A stretch of 64,000 nt of DNA from Azolla caroliniana. Its lineage: Eukaryota > Plantae > Polypodiophyta. Below are positions 38,680 through 52,230 of the stretch, piece after piece (positions within the stretch are counted from its first letter, which is position 1; every line of letters begins with the position of its first letter). The notes under the pieces are model-generated. The model did not search any database and was not told where the DNA came from. It was given only the letters and a program-made list of their open reading frames with translations. The DNA lies in the NCBI GenBank assembly GCA_043228905.1, contig JBHGNT010000014.1:3844001-3908000 (forward strand), in the 5' to 3' direction. A program made the translations under genes and the position numbers.

Positions 38680-40194
38680 GTGACTCGAAGGCTCCTTGAA
38701 CTTGAAGACTCGTCAAAGTTGAAGGCTTGTAGAGTCGAAGGGAAGGCCGAGTCGAACACTTCCTTGTTCATCCAGAAAGGTCAAAAAGGTCTGATATTCA
38801 TCTTGCTATATGTTGATGACCTTTTCATCAACGGAGCCGACTTTGGTAAAATCTGTTGTGTCAAGTCTCAACTATCGGCTACATTCGAGATGAAGGACCT
38901 AGCGAACCTTCATTACTTCCTCGGGATTGAAGTGATCCACACCCCTGACGACATATTGATTAGTCAACACCACTATGTGTTGAATATGTTACAATACAAA
39001 TTCGGCATGATAGATTGTCGATCTGTCACAACTCCTCTCGATAAGAATCAGAAGCTTAAGACGAGAAATGGTTCTGAAAAATTGTTGGAAGCCTCATCTA
39101 CTTGACCATCACTCGTCCAAAACTTAGTTATCCAGTCGGACTTATCAATCAATTCATGTCAAAGTCAACGGTTGAGCACCTTCAATGCGTGCATATAGGA
39201 TATTGAGATATGTCAGCAGCATGAAGGTCCATGGGTTGTTGTATCGGTTCGGCTATACGAACGCCGATTGAGCCGGAAACGTTGGCGATTGCCAATTGAC
39301 ATCAGGATATTCGTTCTCTCTTGGGAGCATAGTGATCGCATGGAGCAACAAGAAGAAGCCGACAATAGCACTGTCGAGCGCTGAGGCCAAATACAAAGGA
39401 GTGGTTATCACAATATACGAAGCAATATGGCTCAAAGGGCTGCTGCAGGATCCACAAGTGGAGGTTGTTGATCCAACGCCGATCTATTGTGATAACCTTA
39501 ACAACATCCAACTAGCAAAGAATCTCGTTTTCCACGCTCGCACCAAGTACATAGAAGTGCACTACCACTTTGTGTGCAGGTGTGTCGTGAGTGGAGAGGT
39601 CGAAGTGAGTTATGTTCAGACTTATTGGCAAGTAGACGGCATCTTCACCAACCCCCTTGGATTAGACAAGTTACGACACTTTCAGAGATTCTTTAATTGT
39701 AGCATCTCGACGTGCCGCACTTGAGGGGGAGAACTGAAGGAAGCATGGCTAGGGAGAGACTAGTCGATAGGGGGAGATCAGACGAGAACAACATAGCGAA
39801 TGAGCTGGCCAAACGAGCGGAACAAGGCAGGGGGAGAGTTTAATGGAGCACTGAATCAAAGATAGCCAATTTAAACAATGTGGACTATTCAGACGAGCCG
39901 AATGAGGAGAACGTTGAACAAGCAAGAGGCCAGCCGAAGCCGAAGCCGGAGCGGGAGAGCCAACGGATCGAGGGGTGTTGACGCCGTAGAAGTGGGAAGA
40001 AGGCCAACGAGGGCCAAAGGAGCAGACAAGACGATCAAACAGGTTGAGGTGCGCAAGCTAGGAGAAGAGCCGGCAGAGCAACGGGGAGCTGAGGCGAAGA
40101 ACCGGTAGAGCAAACGGAGCAAGCCCCTAAGTTGAGATCGAGGGGGAGTGTTGAGTGACAAACTCAACGTGAAGCCAGACTGGCTGAAGAAGCC
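38680..40194 (+). mobile_element. Degenerate copia 3' half (RT-RH, extra 3' region, start of 3' LTR at 40149), related to 13674-19605
   Basis: LLYVDDL, FEMKDL, FHARTKYIEVHYHF; LTR start TGTTGAGTGACAAACTCAAC. Confidence 0.85.
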
Positions 40195-40379
40195 ATTAGG
40201 CCCTATAATGTTCCTATTTTATTAATAGGAATATTATAGGTTGTTTAGTGGCAGAGCTCATAAGTACTCCACTATGTACTCCATCTCCATTCCCTGTGTA
40301 TTCCTAATTGTCTACTGTTGTCCAGCTCATCCTACTGTGTTTGTTGTCTACAAGCTTTTGCATCCAAGTTTTTCTTTAC

Positions 40380-42050
40380 ACCAAATGACCGATCAAAACT
40401 GGCCAACGTACCAACTCACTAGTCGAATACTCCCAAGGAAGGGGCAAGGAAGGGGTAGATCTGACATATAAACAAAATCATTGCCAAGGCGGATCCCCAA
40501 ATAAATCTCCATTGAACAAGAGTTCACAGAATGTCCACCGACCACGCGGTCGGGTCAAAGAATCCGAACCTAGCAATTTGGCACCGAGGAGATCTGGACG
40601 AGTCCGAAAACCAATAGAGTTCAATCAATCGGGGTTAGACTACGTCAACTATATGGATGCAGGAGAACTGAGCTCATACAAAGAAGCCACCACTGTATCG
40701 GATGTCGAAACATGGCAACAAGCCATGCAATCCAAAATGGACTCAATCCGACAGAACAACACATGTGAGCTGGTTTAATTGCCAGCCAAAAGGAAGTTTT
40801 TGCCTTGCAAATATGCCAACCGGCCAAGCGCTCAGGTCAAACAATCTGAACCTAACAATTCAGCATTGAGAAGATCTAGAAAAGTCTGAAAACCGACAAA
40901 GTTCTATCAATCAGGGCTAGACTATGTCAACTATATAGACGTAGGAGAACTGGGCTCATACGAAGACGCCACCATTCCATCGGATGCTGAAACCTGGCAA
41001 CAAGCCATGCAATCCAAAATGGACTCAATCCAACATAACGACACATGGATGCTGGTCGAATTGCCAACCAGAAGACATTTGTTGCCTTACAAATGGGTTT
41101 ACCGGTACAAATATGTATCTAGTTTAGACAAACCCAAATACAAAGCTCAACTCGTCACCAAGGGTTTCAAACAAGAACATGGCATCGACTACAATGAGAT
41201 TTTCTCCCGTAGTCAAAATGATGACCCTTCGGCTCTTACTCGGAGTCATAGTGACGGAAGACTTTGAGCTCGAGAAACTGGACGTCAAGATGGCATTCCT
41301 TCATGGAGAATCTAGAAGAGGATATCTACATGTCCCAACCGTCAAGTTTCACAACGAGGAGGGAGGAAGTTCACCTTGTTTGCCGACTGAAGAAAAACCT
41401 TTACAGCTTGAAGCAAGCACCACGGATGTGGTACCAAATGTTTGATTGCTACATCCGGCAGCTTGGGTACAACTGGTTCGACCCTAACCCATGTATGTAC
41501 ATTCGGCAATTAGCTGACGATTCCCGGATCCACCTGATCCTTTATTTAACGACATTCTTATCACAGGAAGCGATAAAGCCGAAATCCGCAAGCTAAAACG
41601 ACAACTTCACGAGAAATTCTCGATGAAGGAACTCGGACAAGCCCGACACATCCTAGGCATGAGGATAGAGCGAGATAGGACAAGAAGATCCTAGGGCTCT
41701 CCCAATCCAACTATATCTGTAAGGTGCTAAGGCGATTCAACATGGACAAATAGAAGCCGACACCGACTCTGCTCCAGACGTCGATCCGACTGTAAGAAAG
41801 GGAGTCTCCCTCTACAAAGCTTGAGACTGAGCAAATGAGGAAGATATCCTATGCATCAGCTGTAGGAAGTCTCATGTACACGATGGTGGCCACCTAACCC
41901 AACCTTACATATGTCGTAGGCGTCACCATCTGTTACATGTCTAATCTTGGAAAGAAGCTCTGAGAAGTTGTTAAATACATATTCTGGTATCTTCGCGGAA
42001 CCGAGAACTTATAACTGCTCCCAGATCATTACTTCAACGCACTAAGGAGA
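40380..42050 (+). mobile_element. Degenerate copia RT relic with a ~290-bp tandem duplication (~40540-41090)
   Basis: KWVYRYK, LDVKMAFLHG, LKKNLYSLKQAPRMWY, YASAVGSLMY; the RRS..LDYVNY..WQQAMQSKMDSI segment occurs twice. Confidence 0.8.
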
Positions 42051-44579
42051 CAAATGTATCTACAACAAGCTGAGGAGTGCAAGGAAGCCGAATCGAAAGA
42101 AGTAGCAGAAGAGTCAAAAAGCACCAAAAGGTCAAAAAGCATCAAGCAGAAAAATCAGAAGAAGCAACCTATTATGATGTGTCTTGTGTGAACGGATCAA
42201 AGCAACAAAAGGTCAAGGTTTGTTATGACTGAGAACTAGAAGAAGTATATTCTGCCAAAATCAAGTTCTAATGCAAGGGTGAGGACAAGTGCATGTAAGG
42301 AGAGAGAATACTTTCTTTATTCAACAAGGGAGCACCTAAAAGCTATGGAATAAGGAAGAGAGCTTAGTTTCAGGCTCAAAATTTTTAGGATTCAAACACA
42401 TGAGCTTTGTCAAAATTTTGCTTAACCCAAGGAGGAAAATCTCAAGGGCCTACAATGACTGAGGCGACATAGTCATCAATCACTTGCCACAATGAATCAC
42501 AGATATCTCTCCCGCACGCAATGTCTTGTCACCCTATGTAAAAGGGGTAATTTGTTCTACAAGATTGAGTAGCGCATTAGTTTTAAAAAGAAATCTACTA
42601 TATTCCATGGGATTATTAATTGTTATGAAAATTCAATTGAATATATCACTCTAAAACTTATTTTCTTGGTAGACAAACCTTAATGTCTATTTTGAGTGAA
42701 TCGAAGCAATAAAGCATCGCAACGTGAGCAGGTGAAAACTAGGAAACTCATTTTACACACTTTACCCACAACCTTGAAGGGGAATTTTATGTTCCCAAAA
42801 TGCCCTCCAAGTCCAGCAAAATTCAAGGCATTCGTTAAAGTACTAAGGTATATCCCCCTTTTCTCTTCACATACATGAAGATATACACACATAAACAAGC
42901 AACCCACACACCACAACAATTCCACGCACACACATCTTGTACACGACTCACTATGAACTATTAACACACTCACTTACATCTCTAAACAACACAAGCACAT
43001 TGCACATACGCACACATTCCGAGTATTACACACATTTGAACCTAAATGTGTGCATTACTTAATCTAAAAAACACGCAACCCCCCTCCCCTCTTATACTAT
43101 ACATATTATACACTCACTCACACACACATATGTAACCATAATCTAGTTTTCAGCTTTGACACATGATAGTTTGAAGTAATCCCTTTTTATCAAAGACCTA
43201 AGGAATGGACGGTATGGAGAATAAAATAATCTCTCTTAAATCATGCCACACCTATCAAGATTCATCAGATCATGTGTGTGAGACTCATCCCTTCCACTCA
43301 TCCTTAAAAACAGTCCACAAACCATACAAAGATCTTCAACATACATGTGTGACGTATATTTCAGATAATTTGCCACTCTAATAATAATAGTATCAGCATG
43401 ATTAATCGGCAATTCGACAGAGATACATAACATGATTTGCTAAGAGAAAATTGAAGGGCAATAAAATTGTGTTGTAGACGAGAAGAAATCCGCCCAAAAG
43501 GACAGGCACCGACAGTGATGGCCCAGAGAATAAGACCATCAAATATTACAACAGAATTAGAGCGAGAGACACGATGGATAGACAGACAAGCAAGCCAATA
43601 TTGTTGCTTCACATACAGAAAGAGTTCTTATGTGAAAGTCTAGCAAAGAATTTAATGCATCGAGCACTTTACCTCCCGCATAGGTATCTCCATTTGCAGA
43701 CCATTCTTCTGGTGTATAGATGGGGCTAAAAATTTTCGAAAAACAAAGAAATTGGTCATCAGATATTAGAAAACAGCCCATTACCAAAATAATGAATCCG
43801 CTCATGTATTAACCAAATCATTTAAAATGATCGAACCAACCATGATATCCCACAGACCATAGTAATAGGTTAACTAATGTATGTCCGAAAATTTATGGAC
43901 GCAGAGCCGAGTATTTAAGTGAATCAAGTATTTCTGATTGCCAGACAATGACTTAACTTACTCATTACCCAGATTTACCAAATTTGGCAATAGCACATTT
44001 CATCTACAAGAGTTTTCATGGACACATTGTTTAACCAATCGACCAAACTATGGATAATTCAACAGAAACAGTTAATGCCATAACCAGTAGAACAAATTCA
44101 TAAAAACAATCTCCCAAAAATTATTCACAGACATGTTGCTTGAACAATCAATCAAATGCTCCACCAAATCGCTCAACTGGTCTATAGCCAACTACTTAGG
44201 TTGTTTACCCAGGTGGCAATAACCCCACCATGGATCTCCTAGTAGATTGACTAGAGAAGGGATTACCAGATAAATGGATTCGATACCAATAACCTAGTTG
44301 ATCAACCAAACTAGCAAATAACAAAGAATGGGTTGTGCTAGTAATGATCTAGTTACACAACCAGGGTAATGATAATCAATCAAGCAATGCCTTTAACTAG
44401 GAATCAATTGCTTGAACCAGCCATGGCTTCTCAACTAGTGCAAATGTTTACTCCATTCCATTGATGTTTCGCCAACTTTTTAGACTCTTATATGTTGAGA
44501 AATCAAAGATGGAAAACCTTACTAGAGCTAGAATTTTAGACCGAGGCATTGGTGACAACAGTATATTTGATAAATCTAT

Positions 44580-45795
44580 CACCGTCGAAAGCAATCAGGC
44601 TTGAAGTTCCCCATGCACTATGGTAAGGAAAAGAGCTGACCTACGATAGGCTTTGTATATTCGGATGCGAAGCCTATGCATGTATCCCTAGGGAGAAACA
44701 AACCAAGTTGGCGCCCCATGCAACAAAGTGCATATCCCTCGGTTCTGGAACCGATGGGGAATTCGACTATAGGTTATGGAATCGAAACAATCGGAAATGG
44801 ATCTGGAGTAGTGATGTAGTCTGACGTAGTCTTCAATGAAGACTTGATTCTCTTTGAACGGAACCAACCAAAAATGGTCGGCAAAAAGGTTTCCTTCGAA
44901 ATCGATAGAGACATCGTAGAAGTATCGACCCATCGGGCCGAATCAGAAATTTGACAAATAGTCGAAGAAAACCAAGCCAACAATCCCTCTACCGAATCTG
45001 AATAGGCAAGAGGTCCACTATTCGAAATAGATTTGACTAAAAGATTGACAAGAGGTGAAAGAGATGGAGTCGAAATGACCAAATCACCCAAACCGGCCAA
45101 AGGCACTGAAAGGTCGCAGAGAATCGATCAAGGCACCAGCCAATCCGTCAATCAATCCCAAAGAAGGGGAGGATGATTCGATATTGCCGAAATCCTATTG
45201 CAAGGGCGAATCATCCCGAAGGACTCCGGAGGATGGTTCAACCAATACCGATAAGCCAATAGAGTAGATCGAAGAATCCGAACCAATCAACTCGGCACCG
45301 AGGAGATCAGGATGAATTCGAAGGCCAATAGAGTTCTATCAACTAGGCCTCGACTACATCAATTGCACGGACATAGGCGAACCAATCTCTTACGACAAAG
45401 CTTTAGTCGCGCTAGATGCCAACACATGGCGACAAGGCATGAAATCCGAGATGGACTCGATTCATTAGAATCAAACATGGGAGCCAATCGAATTACCAGC
45501 TAGAAGGAAGCCGCTACCTTGCAAATGGGTCTTTAGATACAAATATGTATATGACTTAGAGAAGCCCAAATATAATGTTCGGCTTGTCGCAAAGGGATTC
45601 AAACAAGAACATGGGGTTGAGTACGACAATATATTCTCATTAGTAGTCAAGATGACCACCTTTCGGCTCCTACTTGAGGTTGTGGCGATTGAAGACCTAG
45701 AGGTCGAGCAACTGGACGTCAAGACAACATTCCTGTAGGGAGACTTGGAAGAAGACATCTATATGTCTCAACCGGCAAACTTCATAGTGACGGGG
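44580..45795 (+). mobile_element. Degenerate copia (integrase end to RT), left part of the chromovirus host
   Basis: CKWVFRYK, LVAKGFKQEHGVEYD, QLDVKTTFL; continues at 63777. Confidence 0.8.
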
Positions 45796-46706
45796 TGTCG
45801 AGACTCGTGGGTAGAAGATAGAGTGAGAGCGAGAGCGAGAGCGAAAGAGAGAGGGTGTGTGTGTGTGCGCGTGAGAGAGAGAGAGAGTGAAAGAGATAGA
45901 GTGAGAGAGAGAGACTGAGAGAGATAAGACTTGAAATAGAAATGAGATTATATTATGATGAAACAAGATTACAATGAGTAGGCTAAGGGCTAAAGACTGG
46001 TGTTGAACCGAATGAGTTGAAACGAATGTATAGACAATTATTTATAGGTCCTTATGGAGTAATCTAGAATGTTCTAGAATATTTTAGATTTTATGATAAG
46101 AAATATAATCATGAAATATTCAAGGATGTTCTAGAATGTTCTAGAATATTCTAATATCTTGTAATAACTAGAAACATAATTATTATAATCACACAAGGGT
46201 AGAAGCACGCTACGGTGTACCAGAAAAGTACTGTTTTTGGCCACAAAAATTGTCAGTACTTTTAGTACTGTTAGTATGAATAATTCAAAAAAAAAAAATC
46301 AGAGAAAAAGAAAATCGATTTTGGAGAGTGGGGTGACTGTAGTACAAGTGTCATTTATTGTAGAAGGAGTGGGGGGAACAGGTGAGGAGATGTTCATTCC
46401 ATTTTGGGGGCTATTTTCCCCTCACGTCGATTTTGGCGCTTCCCCTCACGTCGTTTTGGCGGTTCCCCTCATACTCCTCTTCCTCTATCCCTCTGAGCTT
46501 TTCATCACAGATCCATGTTCAGTTTCTGATTTCCTCCAATCTAAATCTCAGACATCCATGTCTGTTTTGAGCGTTTAAGTTGAGGATTTCTGATTTTTTT
46601 AGGGTTTCTGTTTTTGTTAGGGTTTAGGTCGAGGTACAGAGACTGTTGGTAGCAGCCAATAGTGACTTCTTCGACAACGACTTTCTTACATCCATCCATT
46701 GAAGTT

Positions 46707-47300
46707 GGTGTCGTGGTGATTTGTGGCTTTTTCCACCAAATCGAGGCGGCATTGGAGGTTCCTTCCGCCAAATCGAGGCGGCATATCCAACGCTCCGTCC
46801 ACCATTGGAGGTTCCTTCCACCAAATCGAGGCGGCATATCCAACGCCCCCTCCATCCATTCGAGGTTCCTTCCATCCGTTTTTTTTATTTTCAGTACTAA
46901 AATGTTACATTTCTTCATATTTCAGTACAAAAATTTTAGAACTGACAATTGTCATATTTGATATGTAATTCTAATGTTTGAAACGAAATATCTTTCACTT
47001 TGCAGGCCACATTTAAAAACATTTGATTTGGTGTCGTGGTGATTTGTGGCTTTTTCCACCAAATCGAGGCGGCATTGGAGGTTCCTTCCACCAAATCGAG
47101 GCGGCATATCCAACGCTCCGTCCACCATTGGAGGTTCCTTTCACCAAACCGTTTTTTTTATTTTCAGTACTAAAATGTTACATTTCTTCATATTTCAGTA
47201 CAAAAATTTTAGAACTGACAATTGTCATATTTGATATGTAATTCTAATGTTTGAAACGAAATATCTTTCACTTTGCAGGCCACATTTAAAAACATTTGAT
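46707..47300 (+). repeat. Tandem duplication (~320 and ~270 bp) with CCAAATCGAGGCGGCA subrepeats upstream of the transposase
   Basis: 46707-47027 and 47029-47300 share long identical blocks ending TTTGCAGGCCACATTTAAAAACATTTGATT. Confidence 0.85.
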
Positions 47301-47380
47301 TGTGTTTTCTTGGTTGAGTCTATATAACATTAACTACTTTTGCAAGCCACTTAATTTTTGCGGATAAATCTAGTGACCGA

Positions 47381-50300
47381 ATGGGGGTTCCTAACGAGAG
47401 TGAGTTGTCAAGTAACTCATGCATATCTGAAAGGACTAAGAGACGAGTGGTTCTTCACATAGTCCGTTATTTGGTAGAAATAACAAAGAGATTTAGTGAA
47501 GAGGATCGTAGGGATATTATCTGTAGAGTGTTACACCATCAAAGTTTGAATGAAGACATGGAGAGAATAAAATTTAGGGACCAATGTGTTTCAGAAGAGA
47601 TTGTAGAGTCTATGAAGTCATCCCTAGACTTAGTGAAAGGTGTAGAGAGCTTAGACAAACTTGCTGCAAAGAGGGCAGCCCTACACATGGTTGTGAACGG
47701 TGCGAGAGGAAAAAAATATAGTGATACTAAAGTTGCCTTAGCCCTGGGTATTCAAAGAAGGAACTTGAGGAAACATCGCCAAAATATACACTCAAACAAA
47801 TTCAAGTGGATGGGGTTGGGACGTAGACGACGATGTGATGCCTTATCTCAAGAGATTATTGAGAAAGTGGATTCATTTTGGGCCAAAAATACGCGTGTCT
47901 CACCAAATAAGAAGGACGTGTGTAGACAACGAATAAGTCAGGGTAAGTACCAGATTCACCCTAGACACTTCTTGGAGATGACAGAGGTATTCCATTTTTT
48001 TATATCATTTCACATTCCATAACTTTGTGTTTTGACCAACTGTATATTAATGTTTGCTATATATATTGGTTGATGTAGGCTGAATTGTACATGAACTTTA
48101 AAGATCAACATCCAAGCTTGACTGTTGGATTCCGCAAGTTCCAAGGTTTGAAACCATTTTATGTTAGAAAATTAAATGAGAGGAATACATGTTGTTGTGT
48201 GTACCATGTGAAGATGGACATGTTAAGGCTAGCCGTGAATGCAATGCGTACTGATTGTAAGGGTATACACGGGGAATTATGTGTCTGCACTTGTGAGATA
48301 TGTAGACCAAATGGGGAGGATAATAGGTGTAATGCACGAAACATGACTTATGCATCTGTTTCTGAGCTATGGAGGTCTTGTGTTTGTGAAAAAGAACCAT
48401 CATGTGAGTGGCATCGTCGTACATGTCTATTAAGAACATGTAAGGTTTGTCCGCTACCATTATTTTGTATGCAGGAGCTTGATTTGGGAAACAGTCATAT
48501 CGTGAAATGGAAATATTTAGAGTATGTGACTGAAAATATTGGCAAGGGAGTTGTAACTAAGCGTATCAAGGAAGTATATAAGGAGACATGTGCTGCTACC
48601 CTTGTCTCAGAATTTAAGAAACAACTTGGGGAGTTCATTCCACATAACTTCCGGAGTTATTGGCAAAATTCACAATTCAAGGAATGTATTAATAACTTAC
48701 CAACGGGTGTCATCGTATCTGTTATTGACTTTGCAGAAAACTATACATTTAAAGTTCAGAATGAGGTTCAATCAATGCATTGGTACAATGATCAATGTAC
48801 AATACTTGTGCATATTTGCTATTGGAGGCAAGACGGTGAGTTACATAAGAAATCAATATTTTACATTTCAGATGATAAAAAGCATGATACACTATTTGTT
48901 CAACATTGTTTTAAGCTTCACCATGCAGATTTATTTTCTCTAGGGGTAACCTTTAACCGTCATTGGGTTTGGTCTGATGGTGCTGCCTCGCAGTTTAAGG
49001 CGGCACGATCGTTCTACTTTATCGCCAGGTAATTTTTAATCCATATGTTTAGTACTTACCATGCAATGTGTAAGGAAGTAATTCTTGTGTTAGTGCATGC
49101 ATACTAATTATGTTTGTAATTATTAACAAACAGTACTATTCACATGGATGCATACTAATTATGTTTGTAACTATTCGAATCTTGCACTTGTGAATGGATG
49201 CATGCATACTAATTTTGTTTGTACTATGTTTTAATCCATGTGAAGGGTTCTCCATAGACACATTGTACTATGTTGTGTGTTGTATCTGTACTATGTTGTG
49301 TTTACAGGAGGATGTAAAGTACTCATCTTGTACTCATAGTATTGTCCGTCCTTAAGAGCATTGTACTAAGTATGTTTTAATCCATGTGAAGGGTTCTCCA
49401 TAGACACATTGTACTATGTTGTGTGTTGTATCTGTACTATGTTGTGTTTACAGGAGGATGTAAAGTACTCATCTTGTACTCATAGTATTGTCCGTCCTTA
49501 AGAGCATTGTACTAAGTATGTTTTAATCCATGTGAAGGGTTCTCCATAGACACATTGTACTATGTTGTGTGTTGTATCTGTACTATGTTGTGTTTACAGG
49601 AGGATGTAAAGTACTCATCTTGTACTCATAGTATTGTCCGTCCTTAAGAGCATTGTACTAAGTATGTTTTAATCCATGTGAAGGGTTCTCCATAGACACA
49701 TTGTACTATACAAGAGGATGTAAAGTACTCATCTTCTACTCATAGTATAAACCATACTAAGTTAGTACTAAGTTATATCCATACTAAGTATCGATTAATC
49801 AATGTGAAGGGTTCTCCATAGACACATTGTAGTATGTTGTGTGTTGGTTCTGTACTATGTTGTGTTTACAAAAGGATGTAAAGTACTCATCTTGTACTTA
49901 TAGTATTGTCCGTCCTTAAGAGAATTGTACTAATTATGTTTTAATCCATGTGAAGGGTTCTCCATAGACACATTGTACTATACAAGAGGATGTTAAGTAC
50001 TCATCTTGTACTCATAGTATAAACCAGACTAAGTTAGTACTAAGAATTGTACTAAGTATCGACTAATCAATGTGAAGGGTTCTCCATAGACACATTGTAC
50101 TATGTTGTGTGTTGCTTCTGTACTATGTTGTGTTTACAAAAGGATGTAAAGTACTCATCTTGTACTTATAGTATTGTCCGTCCTTAAGAGAATTGTACTA
50201 ATTATGTTTTAATCCATGTGAAGGGTTCTCCATAGACACATTGTACTATACAAGGGGATGTAAAGTACTCATCTTGTACTCATAGTATAAACCAGACTAA

Positions 50301-51309
50301 GTTAGTACTAAGTTATATCCATACTAAGTTAGTATTAAATGGATGCCAGTATTAATGGAAGTGTAGTACTCTCTATTGACAACATAGTACTAATTTTGTT
50401 GGAAACCTGAGTTACAAAAGCAGGTATTTCTCCTTATTCAACATTCGTATGCAATGGAATTACTTCGGGTCTGGACATGGAAAAGGAGAGCATGATGGCG
50501 CGGGGGCTGTGATCAAACGTGCCCTTACAAGTGAGCAGTTGGATAATAATGGTGCTAAGCTACAAAATGCACATGATGTTGTGCAGTGGCTAACATGGAA
50601 GATGTCAAATGATGGTAAGAACAGATTGTTTGTTGAAGTTCGCGCTGATGAGGTCGATAGAACTAAATCATATGGTTGTAAAACCGTGAAAGGCACACGC
50701 AGCACCCATTGTGTGTTAGGGTTTAGCCGCAAGGACACAACACAATTGTTACTACGTAGTTTATCATGCTTTTGTTCCATGTGTATAGATGAAGCTTGGG
50801 ATAAATGCATCAACCTATCAATCCTGGAGCCCTGGAAGTTGCAGAAGCTTGAGCCTGAACGACAAGATGATATTGAAGATGATGTGCATTCAAACGATAT
50901 TGTATACTACAACCAAAATCAAGACTTGGCAGTTTTATTGGAAGTTGGAGATCATTTTGCAGTGCTCAAATCTCCTCAGAATGAAGATTTAGAAGACTAC
51001 TACATTGTGGTGTGCAAGCAAGGAAAGACATTATTGAAAGAAGTGGTGAGGGATGGCTGGGGCAACAATTTCAACGTTGGTGAGTCTGTCGTGTATGGAA
51101 ACTATTATGCAAAGTTGCCGCAGTGCAAGAACACATATGCATTACTAAAAGAAGCACCCATCGCAATAATCTACGCTGATGCCATTCTTGCGATCAAATT
51201 CAATATGACTCAAGCAAAGCACAAGGTTAAGGGATACAACACTGTCTACAAGGTCCCCCAAGAGGTTCATGAGCACATATTAGGGGAGGTCTCTCTATTT
51301 AATGCTTGA
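47381..51309 (+). CDS. Sola2 transposase, 3 exons (47381-47986, 48079-49028, 50424-51309), 813 aa, apparently intact
   Basis: GT-AG introns join in frame (MTE|AELY; FIA-R-YFS); motifs IDFAENY, QSMHW, ISDDKKHD, WSDGAASQFK, GHGKGEHDGAG; Cys-rich region. Confidence 0.9.
49225..50330. repeat. 146-bp GTAC-rich tandem repeat (~8 units; first three look identical) in transposase intron 2
   Basis: Unit starts 49225, 49371, 49517, 49663, then alternating short and long variants. Confidence 0.93.
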
Positions 51310-52230
51310 AAGTCACCCTCTCAATACATTGTACCCTCTCAATACTTGGAGTTCACTATTAATTTTGATGATTGACAAATGAATTGATATATTTCATCTT
51401 TCTTCTAAAGTGTTTATGCCTGTCAACCACTTGTACTTATCTTTCATAATATATTAGTTGTTGTCAACAAGACTTGGATTTCTTCATTGCCGATATTGCT
51501 CATGTTTCCTGATGTTATTTGAGCATAGAAGTTTTGCAGAGCCATGGTAAAATGAGTAAAAATATTGTATATCTTCTTGATAAAGTCTAGATTCATTGCC
51601 GTTGGTGTGTCCTCTGTAGGCACATAAATCTGTAAGTTGAATTCAAATTATGACTTTAATATTGTAAGATTTTATACTGTAAGTTCATTCTTCAAGAACG
51701 CTGATGTGCAATGAAGCCTCAAATTCCTTAACAAAATAATCCAACTCCTGAAACAATAATTTGTGATAGCTCAAAAAGGGGAGTGTTTCCTTACTACTGT
51801 TAGTGGATAGTTCATCCATTGGGATGATATCATCAAAATATGGCCCACATTGCTTCAACAATTTGCACAAATTCTGGTTACCCTCCAAATGGGATTGATG
51901 AAACAGTCTATACTTCAATAACACCCGATATTTTCTGTTTATCATCATTAACACCTGAAAACCTAAATTTTCCTAGCAAGCTAAGAAGAATTTCAAGCAT
52001 TTTATCTACAACAGACTCAAAGACTTGGCAACTCATCAGGAGATGATCTCAAAAAAGAAACAAAACGTTGTAAAAAGAGGAATACTTAGATCAAAAAGTA
52101 TATTCCCATTGTTTCTACAAAATACAGAAGTGGAATTTTGACATTGGCAATTGAAACAGTATTTTGGTATCCAAATAGAGGTATTTCAGACATCACTAAC
52201 AGCTAAAGTTCAAGTACAATCGGAAGAAAA

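Noticed and set aside
46599-46627. Telomeric filler in Sola2
   Set aside because: Isolated TAGGGTTT copies not at a junction; more likely telo-box promoter motifs or chance
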